From NCBI GenBank assembly GCA_964463175.1, contig CAYXBJ010000112.1, positions 1,331 through 65,330 on the forward strand: DNA of 64,000 nt, given 5' to 3'. Position 1 is the first letter of the stretch. Every line of letters starts with the position of its first letter. The translations under genes and the position numbers were made by a program. Positions 1 through 9,201 of this stretch are shown piece after piece. The notes beneath the pieces were generated by a model that searched no databases, was not told where the DNA came from, and worked only from the letters and a program-made list of their open reading frames with translations. The stretch comes from an uncultured bacterium. Its GTDB lineage: Bacteria; Methylomirabilota; Methylomirabilia; Rokubacteriales; DASRDR01.

Positions 1-26
1 CCCGCCCTCCCCTCGTCCAGGCAGAC

Positions 27-55
27 TTGCTGAATCAAGTATAATCAATGATAAT
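27..55 (+). promoter_or_regulatory. Putative sigma70-type promoter of the citrate-synthase-like gene. TTGCTG (27-32), 17 nt, GATAAT (50-55). Sits inside an AT-rich island (31-60) carrying direct repeats ATAATCAA (41-48, 51-58)
   Basis: Only strongly AT-rich 30-bp stretch in a ~70% GC region. -35/-10-like hexamers have correct spacing. AAGGAGG RBS at 101-107 is followed by ATG at 114. Confidence 0.4.
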
Positions 56-113
56 CAAGTTTGCCACGCAGCCCCGGCGGCGCAGACCCGTCGGGCGAGC
101 AAGGAGGACCGTC

Positions 114-1271
114 ATGGAAGCCACCTGGAAAGCGGGATTGGAGGACGTGATCGCGGCGCGCTCGGCGATCACGACCATCGACGGAGCGGCCGGGCGCCTC
201 TACCACCGCGGCTACGAGATCGGCGAGCTCGCCGGCCGCGTGAGCTTCGAGGAGACCGCGCACCTCCTGTGGTTCGGCGAGCTGCCGTCGCCCGCCGAGC
301 GTGACGCGTTCACCGGGCGCCTCCGCGCCGGCCGCGCGCTGCCGCCGCCGGTGCTCGCGCTGCTCCGCACGCTGCCGCGGGACACGCATCCACTCGACGC
401 CCTGCGCACGGCCGTGTCGCTCGCCGCGACCACCGATCCCGACGTCCGCGTGTCCGACGCCGGCGCGAACCTGCGCAAGGCGTTCCGGCTCACGGCGCTG
501 GTCCCCGCGGTGGTCGCCGCGTGGCAGCGGCTCCGCGCGGGACAGGAGCCGGCCGCCGCGAACGACGAGGACTCGCACGCCGCCCACTTCCTCCGGCTCC
601 TCCACGGCCGCCCGCCCACGCCCGAGGTCGCGCACGTGCTCGACACCATCCTCACCCTCCACGCGGACCACGAGCTCAACGCATCGACCTTCGCGGTCCG
701 GGTCGCCGTCGCGACCCTGGCGGACCTCCACGCGGCGCTGGTCGCGGCGGTCGCCACCCTCAAGGGACCGCGCCATGGCGGCGCGAACGAGGACGTGCTG
801 GCGATGCTGCTCGAGATCGGCGACCCCACCCGGGCGGAGGCGTACGTCAACCAGCGCCTCGATGCCCACGCTCGCGGCACCCGGACCGAGCGCGCAGACC
901 CCCGCGCCCGCGTGCCGGGGTTCGGGCATCGCGTCTACCGCGTGGACGACGCCCGGGCGCGCGTGCTGCGGCAGATGGCGAAGACCATGGCGGAGGCAAC
1001 CGGGCACGCGCGGCTCTTCGAGACCGCCGAGCGCGTCTATGCGACGATGACCGCGCGCACGGGCCTGCCGGTCAACGTCGACTTCTTCTCGGCGGTGGTG
1101 TACCACGCGCTCGGCATCCCCGGGGACCTCTGCACCTCGATCTTCGCGGTGGGCCGGGTCGCCGGCTGGTGCGCCCACGCGCTCGAGCAGTACGCGGACA
1201 ACCGTCTCATCCGCCCGCGCGCCGAGTACATCGGTGTGGCGCCGCGGGAGCTCGCCCCCGCGGCGCGCTGA
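114..1271 (+). CDS. Citrate synthase / 2-methylcitrate synthase family protein
   Basis: Translation (MEATWKAGLEDVIAARSAITTIDG...YHRGYEIGELA...) has typical citrate-synthase family N-terminal and catalytic regions. Strong RBS AAGGAGG 6 nt upstream of ATG 114. The track ORF 48..1271 has an implausible Arg-rich N-terminal extension. Confidence 0.8.
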   Translation: MEATWKAGLEDVIAARSAITTIDGAAGRLYHRGYEIGELAGRVSFEETAHLLWFGELPSPAERDAFTGRLRAGRALPPPVLALLRTLPRDTHPLDALRTAVSLAATTDPDVRVSDAGANLRKAFRLTALVPAVVAAWQRLRAGQEPAAANDEDSHAAHFLRLLHGRPPTPEVAHVLDTILTLHADHELNASTFAVRVAVATLADLHAALVAAVATLKGPRHGGANEDVLAMLLEIGDPTRAEAYVNQRLDAHARGTRTERADPRARVPGFGHRVYRVDDARARVLRQMAKTMAEATGHARLFETAERVYATMTARTGLPVNVDFFSAVVYHALGIPGDLCTSIFAVGRVAGWCAHALEQYADNRLIRPRAEYIGVAPRELAPAAR

Positions 1272-1382
1272 CGCGGGCCGGGAGACCGGGGCGACGCCGG
1301 CCACCCCGGACGACCCAGAGCGCGGACCCGCGACGCGACACCGCCCGGGTCCCCCTCGCCCGGTGAAGCCACGCAGCGCGGG

Positions 1383-2165
1383 CTACCGGTGACGCCAGCG
1401 CGGCGTGTCCTTCGCAAAGAACGCGCGCACACCCTCCTGCGCGTCGTCGGTGCGGAAGGCGGTCGCGGAGAGCTCGAGGGTCCGCCGGACCGCCTCGTCC
1501 TCCGTCGTGTCGTGCGCCAGGTCGACTGCTTCCTTGATCAGCTGGAGCGCACGATTGGGCCGCTCGGCCAGCGTGCGCGCGAGCTCGAGGGCCGCGGCGA
1601 GCGCCTGGCCAGGGGGGACCACGCGGTTGACCAGGCCCCAGCTGCGCGCGGTCTCGGCGTCGATGGGGTCGCCCGTGAACATCAGCTCCTTGGCGCGCCC
1701 TTCCCCGACTCGCCGGGGCACGCGCACGGTCCCGCCGCTCCCCGGCAGCACGCCGAGCTTCACCTCGGGCAGGGCGAGCCGCACGTCCGCGCCCGCGACG
1801 AGGAGATCGCAGCACACCGCGAGCTCGAGCCCGCCGCCGTACGCCAGCCCGTTGAGCGCCGCGATGGTGGGCTTCGGGAAGTCGTCGAGCCGGCTGTACG
1901 CCGCGTTCTCCGGGCCCAGCTTCTTTCGCACCACGTCGTCCGCCACCGAAGGGAACTCGCTCACGTCGGAGCCCGCGCAGAAGGCCCGCGTCCCCGCGCC
2001 GGTCACCACGAGGACGCGCGCCGCCGGATCGTCCGCGAGTCGGTCGAGCGCCGCGCGGAGCCGGCGGGTCAGCTCGAGCGTCACCAGGTTGAGCGGCGGA
2101 TTGTCCAGGGTCAGCACGGCGACGCCGTGCTCGACCCGCGTGTGGATCAGGGCCGGCTCAGTCAT
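1383..2165 (-). CDS. Enoyl-CoA hydratase/isomerase (crotonase family)
   Basis: MTEPALIHTRVEHGVAVLTLDNPPLNLV...FCAGSDV...YGGGLELAV is a crotonase fold signature. Start ATG at 2163-2165. The upstream part of track ORF 1383..2423 is Arg/Ser-rich junk. Confidence 0.8.
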   Translation of the reverse strand: MTEPALIHTRVEHGVAVLTLDNPPLNLVTLELTRRLRAALDRLADDPAARVLVVTGAGTRAFCAGSDVSEFPSVADDVVRKKLGPENAAYSRLDDFPKPTIAALNGLAYGGGLELAVCCDLLVAGADVRLALPEVKLGVLPGSGGTVRVPRRVGEGRAKELMFTGDPIDAETARSWGLVNRVVPPGQALAAALELARTLAERPNRALQLIKEAVDLAHDTTEDEAVRRTLELSATAFRTDDAQEGVRAFFAKDTPRWRHR

Positions 2166-3756
2166 GGTCGGGACGCCTCCTCTGACGCGGCGACGGCCGC
2201 CCGCGGAACTCGGCGAGGATATCCATGGGCTCGGGGCGAAACAGGCGCGGGTCCATGAGCCGGGGCGGGCGCGGGACCCGGACCGGGAAGCCGATCCGTC
2301 CCAGCACGTCCGTCGCCAGGTCCACGCCGGGGGCGATCTCGACGACCTCGATCCCGTCGGGGCCCAGCCGGAACACCGCCCGGTCGGTGACGTACATGAC
2401 GGCCTGGCCGCGCGTTCGCGCATAGCGCCCGCTGAAGGTCACCTGCTGGACGGCCGGGACCCACTTCGACGTTCGCCCCTCGCGGCGGAGTCGCACGCCG
2501 CCGGAGCCGTCGGGCTGGATGTCGAGACCGTCCGCGGTCAGGGTCCCGGAGAACACGACCTTCCGCGCCCCCTGGCTGATGTTCACGAAGCCGCCCGGGC
2601 CGTTCACGACCTTGCCGAAGCGGCTCACGTTGACGTTGCCCTCGGCGTCGACCTCGGCGAACGAGAGGAATGCGATGTCGAGCCCCCCGCCGTCGTAGAA
2701 GTCGAACTGGTACGGCTGGTCGATCATCGCGTCGTAGTTGTGGCCGGCGCCGGCATCGTTGCCGCCCGCCGGCACGCCGCCCACGATCCCCTGCTCCACT
2801 GTCAGCGTCACGTCGCGATGGATCCCTTCCTCGGCCGCCACCGGGGCGATCCCGTTCGAGACCCCGAAGCCGAGGTTCACGATCGCGCCCGGGAACAGCT
2901 CGAGCGCCGCGCGCCGCGCGATGACCTTGCGGATGTCGAGCGGCAGCCGCGCCAGGGCGGCATCGGGACGACGGATCACGCCCGCGTAGGCGGGATCGAA
3001 CCGGGTGACGTAGGTCTGCCACTCGTCGGGCACCACGACGAGATAGTCGACGAGCGCGCCCGGCACCTTCACGTGCTTGCCGGGCAGCGTCCCGGCCGCG
3101 GCGATCCGGGAGACCTGGCAGAGCACGGTCGCGCCGCGGTTCCGCGCAGCCTGGGCGATGGACAGCTGCTCGCCGAAGTACGGCTCGTCCTCCATGGTGA
3201 CGTTGCCGCGCTCGTCGGCGGTGCTGCCGCGGATGACCGCGAGGTCGATCGGCTGCGCCCGGTAGAAGAGGTACTCCTCGCCGTGAAGCGTCAGGAGCTC
3301 GACCAGGTCTTCCGTCGTGCGGGGGCTCTGTTTCCCGCCGCCGTGGCGCGGGTCGACGAAGGTGTGGAGGCCGGTCCGGGTCAGGAGCCCGGGGCGGCCC
3401 GCGGCCATGTCGCGACAGAGCTGGGAGAGCGCGCCCTGCGGGAGGGTGTACGCCTCGATCTCGTCGGCCGCCGCCATCGCGCCGACTGCCGGGCAGTTGT
3501 TGAAGCCGGCCGAGACCACGCGCTTGATGAGACCCGGCTGCGCGAGGCGGTTGAACCCGGTGGTCTTCCAGTCACCGAGGGCGACCACGCTCATGAGCGA
3601 GAGCCCGCGGGGCCGGCCCGTCCCGCGAAAGCGCTCGGCCAGGCCGGCGATCCATGCCTCCGGCACGGCGTGCCCGCCGCCGGAGCCGCCGACGAGGATG
3701 CGGTCGCCGTCCCGCGCGAGGCCGACGGCGGCGTCGAGGGGAATGATCTCCGCCAC
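2158..3756 (-). CDS. Acyl-CoA:acetate/3-ketoacid CoA-transferase, fused alpha/beta subunits (YdiF-like family I CoA-transferase)
   Basis: Approximately 530-aa protein with the typical N-terminal IIPLDAAVGLARDGDRILVGG and glycine-rich family-I CoA-transferase blocks. 8-nt overlap with downstream crotonase. Start assigned to GTG 3754-3756 (VAEIIPLD...). The exact start is uncertain because the ORF extends further with Arg-rich low-complexity sequence. Confidence 0.65.
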   Translation of the reverse strand: MAEIIPLDAAVGLARDGDRILVGGSGGGHAVPEAWIAGLAERFRGTGRPRGLSLMSVVALGDWKTTGFNRLAQPGLIKRVVSAGFNNCPAVGAMAAADEIEAYTLPQGALSQLCRDMAAGRPGLLTRTGLHTFVDPRHGGGKQSPRTTEDLVELLTLHGEEYLFYRAQPIDLAVIRGSTADERGNVTMEDEPYFGEQLSIAQAARNRGATVLCQVSRIAAAGTLPGKHVKVPGALVDYLVVVPDEWQTYVTRFDPAYAGVIRRPDAALARLPLDIRKVIARRAALELFPGAIVNLGFGVSNGIAPVAAEEGIHRDVTLTVEQGIVGGVPAGGNDAGAGHNYDAMIDQPYQFDFYDGGGLDIAFLSFAEVDAEGNVNVSRFGKVVNGPGGFVNISQGARKVVFSGTLTADGLDIQPDGSGGVRLRREGRTSKWVPAVQQVTFSGRYARTRGQAVMYVTDRAVFRLGPDGIEVVEIAPGVDLATDVLGRIGFPVRVPRPPRLMDPRLFRPEPMDILAEFRGRPSPRQRRRPDHD

Positions 3757-3944
3757 GGGTGAGGAGACTAGGCCAGAAGCCGGGCCCGCGCAATTGCGGC
3801 CACGGCGCCCCGCGGGGCCGAGGCGCGGCCCGTCTGCCCGTGAGGCGTCTCGGCGCCGGTCGCGCCGTTGACACCGTGGGGGTCTGACGGGCACCATCGT
3901 GCCGATCCGGGACGCGACCCCCCCACTCACATGGATGAACGCCG

Positions 3945-4502
3945 ATGATGCGACGCTCCCTGCTCTTCCTCGTGGCCGCCGGCGCCCTCGGGCTCGTGGG
4001 CTGCGCCTCCACGCCCGTCAAGGTCGATACGGGACCTATCCGCGCCAGCACGTTCAACTTCGTGGATGGGGGCCTCAAGCCCGCGCCCGCATACGCCGAC
4101 AACCGGGACGCCGTCCACGCGATGATTCAGGAGGCCATCACCAAGAACCTCGCCACCCGCGGCGTCACGCGAGTGCCCTCCGGCGGTGACGTGACGGTGG
4201 CCTATCTCGTCATCCTCGGTAACAACGTGTCGACGCGGTCGATCAACGACTACTTCGGCTACCGCGACGACGCCTGGGCCCTCCAGGAGAAAGCGCAGGA
4301 GGCCTACACGAGCACCGGCAACCCGAATGCCTTCGAGGCGGGCACGCTGCTCATCGACATCATCGAGGCGAAGGGGTTCAAGGTGCGGATGCGGAACTAC
4401 GCCACGCGGCCGACTCTGAAGGACCTCCCGGCCGACGCGCGGGCCGCGCGCATCCAGGAAGTGGTGGACGAGATCCTGAAGAACGTGCGCATCGGCCCCT
4501 GA
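3945..4502 (+). CDS. Lipoprotein of unknown function (signal peptide + lipobox LVGC)
   Basis: MMRRSLLFLVAAGALGLVGCAS... is a classic lipoprotein signal with lipobox Cys. Coding-like codon usage. Confidence 0.6.
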   Translation: MMRRSLLFLVAAGALGLVGCASTPVKVDTGPIRASTFNFVDGGLKPAPAYADNRDAVHAMIQEAITKNLATRGVTRVPSGGDVTVAYLVILGNNVSTRSINDYFGYRDDAWALQEKAQEAYTSTGNPNAFEAGTLLIDIIEAKGFKVRMRNYATRPTLKDLPADARAARIQEVVDEILKNVRIGP

Positions 4503-4526
4503 GCCGGGTGGCGGAGCGCCGCCGGC

Positions 4527-5615
4527 TCAGCGGGAGCGGGGCTTCTTCTTCTCCCCCCCGCGGTGCGTCGAGCTCCCTGCCAGCCAGCCGAGCCGCCAGA
4601 ACACACCGACCAGCCCCAACCCGACCGCCGCCATCACGCTCAGCACGGCCGGGTAGCCGAACGCCCACTTGAGCTCCGGCATGGACTCGAAGTTCATGCC
4701 GTAGATGCCGGCGATCAGGGTCAGCGGCAGCATGATGCTGGACACCACGGTCAGCACCCGGGCGATCTCGCTCGTCCGGTTGGCCGCCGCCGCCTGGATG
4801 CCGCCCAGGATTCCGTCGAGAAGGTCGCGGGACGAGTCGACCGCCTCGCGGATGGCCAGCGCGTTCCGGAGCATCTCGAGGAAGGCGTTCCGCCCGTCGT
4901 CACTCACGAAGCGGCTCCGCTTGGTGCCGAGGAGCATCAGCACGATGTGAAGACTGGCCGCCAGCTTCTTGAGCGTCAGGATATTGCGGGAGGCGATGGT
5001 CACACTCTCCGGCACGCCGCCGTGGCCCGCGGCCAGCTCGGCCTCGAGGAGATCGAGGTAGTTGTCGTTCGCGAGATTGAGGTGCGCGTAGTCGTAGAGA
5101 CAGCGCTGCAGGAACAGAAACGCGATGAAGCCGGGCGTCTTTCCGGCCAGACGGAAGCTGTCGATGCACGTTTCTTTGATCTGGTCGACGGCGTCCAGCC
5201 GCCGCCGGTGATACGTGATGACGTAGTCCGCACCCAGGACGAGGATCATCCGGGCGAACTCGATCTCCGTGATCGTCTGAGCGGTGTCGAGATGTGCCTC
5301 GGGCTCGTAGATGGGATACAGATAGAAGGCGAGACAGTCCGACCGCTCCACGATCCTTGGAAGCACCTCTGGCCGGTCGAAGTGAGACACGAGCTTGAGG
5401 TCGATGTCCATGCGCCGGAGGACCTCGTTCAGCGGGCTGATGTCCGGCGCCTGGATGTCGATCCAGGAGAAGACGACCGGGTCCTGCAGTTCGGCGTCGA
5501 ACCCGGCAAGGCCGAAGGTGCGGACCGTGTGGTTCGTCGGGTCGAAGCTGATGCCGTGGAAGACCAGGTCCGGCGTCGTGGCGAGCGGCGCCGGCGATTC
5601 CTTGAGCGTCGTCAT
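4527..5615 (-). CDS. corA: Magnesium/cobalt transporter CorA
   Basis: C-terminal two TM helices with the YGMNF (GMN) signature loop. Size 362 aa, typical for CorA. Confidence 0.85.
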   Translation of the reverse strand: MTTLKESPAPLATTPDLVFHGISFDPTNHTVRTFGLAGFDAELQDPVVFSWIDIQAPDISPLNEVLRRMDIDLKLVSHFDRPEVLPRIVERSDCLAFYLYPIYEPEAHLDTAQTITEIEFARMILVLGADYVITYHRRRLDAVDQIKETCIDSFRLAGKTPGFIAFLFLQRCLYDYAHLNLANDNYLDLLEAELAAGHGGVPESVTIASRNILTLKKLAASLHIVLMLLGTKRSRFVSDDGRNAFLEMLRNALAIREAVDSSRDLLDGILGGIQAAAANRTSEIARVLTVVSSIMLPLTLIAGIYGMNFESMPELKWAFGYPAVLSVMAAVGLGLVGVFWRLGWLAGSSTHRGGEKKKPRSR

Positions 5616-5697
5616 GCGGCGCTAGTCTGCCACCGTCCGAGGGGAATCGCCAAGGACGACCGCGGGGTGGCCACCGACAACGACCGGCGCCCGAGCG

Positions 5698-6348
5698 TCA
5701 GGCCGCCGCCCCGGATCGAGGCGCATCGGCGGGGGGCGCGGGCGCGATGACGATGTCCTCCCCCTCGAGCCGGACGCCTCCCCGGGCAAAGTACCGGCGC
5801 GTCGGGCCCATCGCCCAGTAACCGATCGACCCGACGATCTTCCGACCGGTCTTGCCCTCCATCACGTGGCGCGCAGGAGTGTTCCACCACGCCACGAGGC
5901 CGACGAGCCGGGTGAGGCCACATGCGCGTGCCCGATCGACCGCGAGAAGCGTCCCCGCGGTGTGAAGTCCTCGGCCACGGTAGCGCGGCACCGTGTAAAC
6001 GTCCACGACGCACAGGTCGCCGCGGGCTGGACGTAGCGTTCGCCCGAGATAGCGCAGGAACACCGGACGCGTGGCCTCCCAGCGCCAGTGCGCGAGCTCT
6101 CCGGCAATCCACGCTGCCCAGCATTCCTGCCCGGTGTCGAGGCGGCGCCGGACTTCGGTTCGAGCCGGGCGGAGGCCGCCCGGTCCGATCACCAGCTCGG
6201 CTGGATCATCGACCCGGCCCCAGCTCACCCCGGCGAGCCGCGGCACGCTCGCCGGAACCTCGATCGGCCGCACCGTGATCAGATATTCGCGCCGCAAGAG
6301 CCAGCTCGTGGCCACGATCGGGAGTCGGCACCCCGTGGCGGCCCACAT
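5698..6348 (-). CDS. GNAT family N-acetyltransferase (last gene of AsnB/ligase operon)
   Basis: FLRYLGRTLRP...CVVDVYTVPRYRGRGLHTAGTLLAVDRARACGL contains the GNAT acetyl-CoA-binding R-x-x-G-x-G motif. Start set to ATG 6346-6348 (MWAATG...) so it does not overlap the upstream ligase, which ends at 6390. Confidence 0.6.
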   Translation of the reverse strand: MWAATGCRLPIVATSWLLRREYLITVRPIEVPASVPRLAGVSWGRVDDPAELVIGPGGLRPARTEVRRRLDTGQECWAAWIAGELAHWRWEATRPVFLRYLGRTLRPARGDLCVVDVYTVPRYRGRGLHTAGTLLAVDRARACGLTRLVGLVAWWNTPARHVMEGKTGRKIVGSIGYWAMGPTRRYFARGGVRLEGEDIVIAPAPPADAPRSGAAA

Positions 6349-6389
6349 GTCACGCGCACGCGGCACCAGTGGGCGCCTGAACGCCGTTG

Positions 6390-7811
6390 TCACGATGGCT
6401 CGCCCACTCGTGAGCTCGTCCCGGTCGGGGTCCGTGGGATCCGGGACATGATTGCCAGTCGCTTCCCGGACGGCGTGCGCTCGATGGCGTCGACGGTCGC
6501 CACTCGCACGCGTGTTCCCGGGCCAAGCAGAGTCTCGAGCTCTCGCCGGAAGAACTCGCCGATCGCGTTCGTGTAGCGCGTCGTCGGGACCAGACGGAGC
6601 TCCACCGTCCCGGGCGACTCCTGCACGGCCTGATACTCCCACACGTACGGAACCGCGTCACCGACCGTCACGAGGCACTGCCCGAGCACCGCCGCCGAGA
6701 TCGCGCGGCCGTCGGGGGTCACCAGGGTCTCGCTCACGCGGCCCTCGATCGCGGCGATGGTCGGCCAGCCGCGGCCGCATGCGCATGGCGGACCGAGGAC
6801 GGCGGTGTCACCCAGCTCGTAATTGATGAACGGCATCACGTGGTTGACGAGGTCGGTCACAACCACGCGCCCCTGCTCCCCCGGGGCCACGCTCCTCCCT
6901 GCGGCGTCGACCACTCGTACAATCGCCCGCTCCGCGTTCACGTGCAGGACGGCGGGGTTGTCCGGGCAGGTCTGGGCAATGCGTGGAATCTCGAGACAGG
7001 AGTAGTGGCTCCGGACGGGGGCTGCAAAGGCCCGCTCGATGGCGTCGCGCTCGGGCGTCAGCAACGTCTCGGCCGCGGCAATCACGACACGCGGCGCGAC
7101 CGCCAGCGGACGCCCGTCCTCCAGCAGTTCGCGGGCGAGCCGACCAGCGTACGACGCGTATGCCCAGATATGGTACGGCCGGTGCCGCGCCCATCGGTCG
7201 ATAGCCGATCGCAGCGCTGGCAGCGTCGTGTCCGGCCCGGCGAGCCACACCTGCTCCCGGCCGAATAGCCACCGGCGCGCGCGGGCGGCAAGCGGGCCGA
7301 CATGCTTGCCCGCGAGGTACATATTCCGCGGGCTCGCGACGACGATCTCCGTGTGCCAGTAGGCGGTTTTCGCCCACTCCAGGAAGAGGAGATAGGCGCC
7401 GGTCCACGTGTCCGCGCCCGCCCGGTCCAGGAAGAACTCGAACGGCTCCCCGGTCGACCCGGACGTCACGCCGCGCAGTCGCCGGCGGTCGGGCAGATTC
7501 TCGGCGGTCACGCCGCTCGGAAAGCGGCGACGAAGGGCCGCCTTCGTCGTGATGGGTATCCGTGCCAGGTCATCGCTCGTCCGGATCGACCCGGGGTCGA
7601 GGCCAGCAGCGGCGAACAGCTCGCGGTAGTACGGGACGTGCGCCGCGGCGGGCACGACCAGCGCTTGGAGGCGCTCGGCGACGCGCGCCTCCAGCTCGCT
7701 CGGGCCCGTCCACTGCCGGGATCGCAGCCTCGTCACCTCCGTCCAGAAGCGACGCCCGGTCAGCCGCTCGCACGCCGGAAACATGAGCCGGGGAACGAGC
7801 GAGCTATACAT
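6390..7811 (-). CDS. PaaK/CapK/coenzyme-F390-synthetase-like adenylate-forming ligase, paralog A
   Basis: TSGSTGEPF AMP-binding P-loop-like motif and PaaK-family architecture (~470 aa). Start aligned with paralog B at conserved MYSSLVPRLMFPACERLTGRRFW. 8-nt overlap with paralog B stop. Confidence 0.7.
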   Translation of the reverse strand: MYSSLVPRLMFPACERLTGRRFWTEVTRLRSRQWTGPSELEARVAERLQALVVPAAAHVPYYRELFAAAGLDPGSIRTSDDLARIPITTKAALRRRFPSGVTAENLPDRRRLRGVTSGSTGEPFEFFLDRAGADTWTGAYLLFLEWAKTAYWHTEIVVASPRNMYLAGKHVGPLAARARRWLFGREQVWLAGPDTTLPALRSAIDRWARHRPYHIWAYASYAGRLARELLEDGRPLAVAPRVVIAAAETLLTPERDAIERAFAAPVRSHYSCLEIPRIAQTCPDNPAVLHVNAERAIVRVVDAAGRSVAPGEQGRVVVTDLVNHVMPFINYELGDTAVLGPPCACGRGWPTIAAIEGRVSETLVTPDGRAISAAVLGQCLVTVGDAVPYVWEYQAVQESPGTVELRLVPTTRYTNAIGEFFRRELETLLGPGTRVRVATVDAIERTPSGKRLAIMSRIPRTPTGTSSRVGEPS

Positions 7812-9201
7812 CGAGGGCGCTTTGGACTCGAGATACGATGACCGGGCGCTTGCCGGACGGCTCCGGGGGAATCCGGTCGACCACGTCCAACCGTAGCGCC
7901 ACATCGTCACCGAGGCATTCCTGAATCTCCGCCTGGAGAGCCGCGGCCGTGCCGGACGTGAAGTGTGGCGCCGGCACCACGCGGAGCACGACCTGGTCCG
8001 GCGCAATCTGCTCGGCCTGATACTCCCAGACTTCGGCCGTGCGGCTACCGAGCGAGGGTAGCTGGTTCAGGAGAATCGCCGACACCAGCCGCCCGGACGA
8101 GGTCCGGATCACTTCGCTCGTCCGCCCCTCCAGGCCGGTCAGCGTCGGCCAGCCGCGGCCGCACGGACAGATCCCCGCGTCCGCGCCCCAGTCGCCGATG
8201 TCGTAGTTCACGAAGGGCTGGACGTAGTTGGACAGGACCGTCAGCTGCAGGCGCCCGGGCTCTCCCGGCCCGGCCGGCGTGCCGTCTGCCCGCGAGACCC
8301 AGAAGACGGCCCGCTCGGAGTTCACGTGAAGAACGGCGGGATTGTCGGGGCAGGTCTGAGCGACGTGCATGGCCTCCCAGCTCGAGTAATGGTTGACCAC
8401 GCGCGCTCGAAACGCTTGGGCGATGACCGCCTCCCGTGCGGCGGTGAGGGTCTCCGAGACGCTGATCACGACGCGAGGCGACACGGGCAACCGGACGTCG
8501 GCCGCGAGGAGCCGGGTTCCGAGCTCCGCCGCGTAGGCCGGGTAGGCACGCACGTGATAGCCCCGGTGGATCGGGATGCGGGCCACGATCGCGGCCAATT
8601 CCGCAGCGGTGAGCTCGGGCCCGAGCACCGCACGGACGTCCTCGCCGAGGACGAGGCGGCGGAGCGGCCGGCTGACCTTCGAGACCAGCCACGGGGCAGT
8701 GTGGTAAGAGCGACCCAGTCGCACGCCCAGGTCAATCCGCGTCTGCCAGAGGGCCGCTCCGGCCCATTCGAGGAAGAGGAGGTAGGAGGCCAGGGTCTCG
8801 TCGGCGCTGGTCGGGTCGCCGCAGATCTCGAAGGGGAAGCCCGTTGAGCCGGATGTGGTCGTTCTGAACCGGCGAGGCGCCGGCCGGTCGTCGGCCACGA
8901 TCTCGCCCGGTGAACGGGCGCGGAGGGCTGCCTTGGTTGTCGGTGGCAACCAGGGGAGGTCCTCGATGCGGCGGACCCCCGCCGGATCGACGCCCGTCGC
9001 GTCGAAGAGCTCCCGGTAGTACGGGACGTGACGGTGGGCGTGGACCAGGAGGGCGCGCAGACGCACGGCAGCGCGGGCCGCCAGCTCGTCCGGTGAGCGC
9101 CACTGCAGCGTCCGCATCTCCTGAAATCGCGTCCACAGTCGGCGACCAGTCAGCCGCTCGTACGCGGGAAGGACGACACGGGGCACGTACCAGCTATGCA
9201 T
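7804..9201 (-). CDS. PaaK/CapK/coenzyme-F390-synthetase-like adenylate-forming ligase, paralog B
   Basis: TSGSTGFPF motif. N-terminus MHSWYVPRVVLPAYERLTGRRLW aligns to paralog A. 8-nt overlap with asnB-like stop (9194) and with the paralog A start. Confidence 0.7.
   Translation of the reverse strand: MHSWYVPRVVLPAYERLTGRRLWTRFQEMRTLQWRSPDELAARAAVRLRALLVHAHRHVPYYRELFDATGVDPAGVRRIEDLPWLPPTTKAALRARSPGEIVADDRPAPRRFRTTTSGSTGFPFEICGDPTSADETLASYLLFLEWAGAALWQTRIDLGVRLGRSYHTAPWLVSKVSRPLRRLVLGEDVRAVLGPELTAAELAAIVARIPIHRGYHVRAYPAYAAELGTRLLAADVRLPVSPRVVISVSETLTAAREAVIAQAFRARVVNHYSSWEAMHVAQTCPDNPAVLHVNSERAVFWVSRADGTPAGPGEPGRLQLTVLSNYVQPFVNYDIGDWGADAGICPCGRGWPTLTGLEGRTSEVIRTSSGRLVSAILLNQLPSLGSRTAEVWEYQAEQIAPDQVVLRVVPAPHFTSGTAAALQAEIQECLGDDVALRLDVVDRIPPEPSGKRPVIVSRVQSALDV

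Noticed and set aside
45-1304. 419-aa minus-strand ORF antisense to the citrate-synthase-like gene
   Set aside because: Translation is Arg/Gly/His/Pro-rich low complexity typical of antisense frames in high-GC DNA. The sense strand encodes a well-formed citrate-synthase family protein with an RBS.
1405-3762. 785-aa plus-strand ORF spanning the crotonase and CoA-transferase genes
   Set aside because: Antisense shadow ORF (Ser/Arg/Ala-rich, no domain). The opposite strand carries two recognisable enzymes.
3860-3900. Possible sigma70 promoter TTGACA-N18-CACCAT upstream of the lipoprotein gene
   Set aside because: The -10 match is weak (3/6) and the spacing is 18 nt. Too uncertain to annotate.
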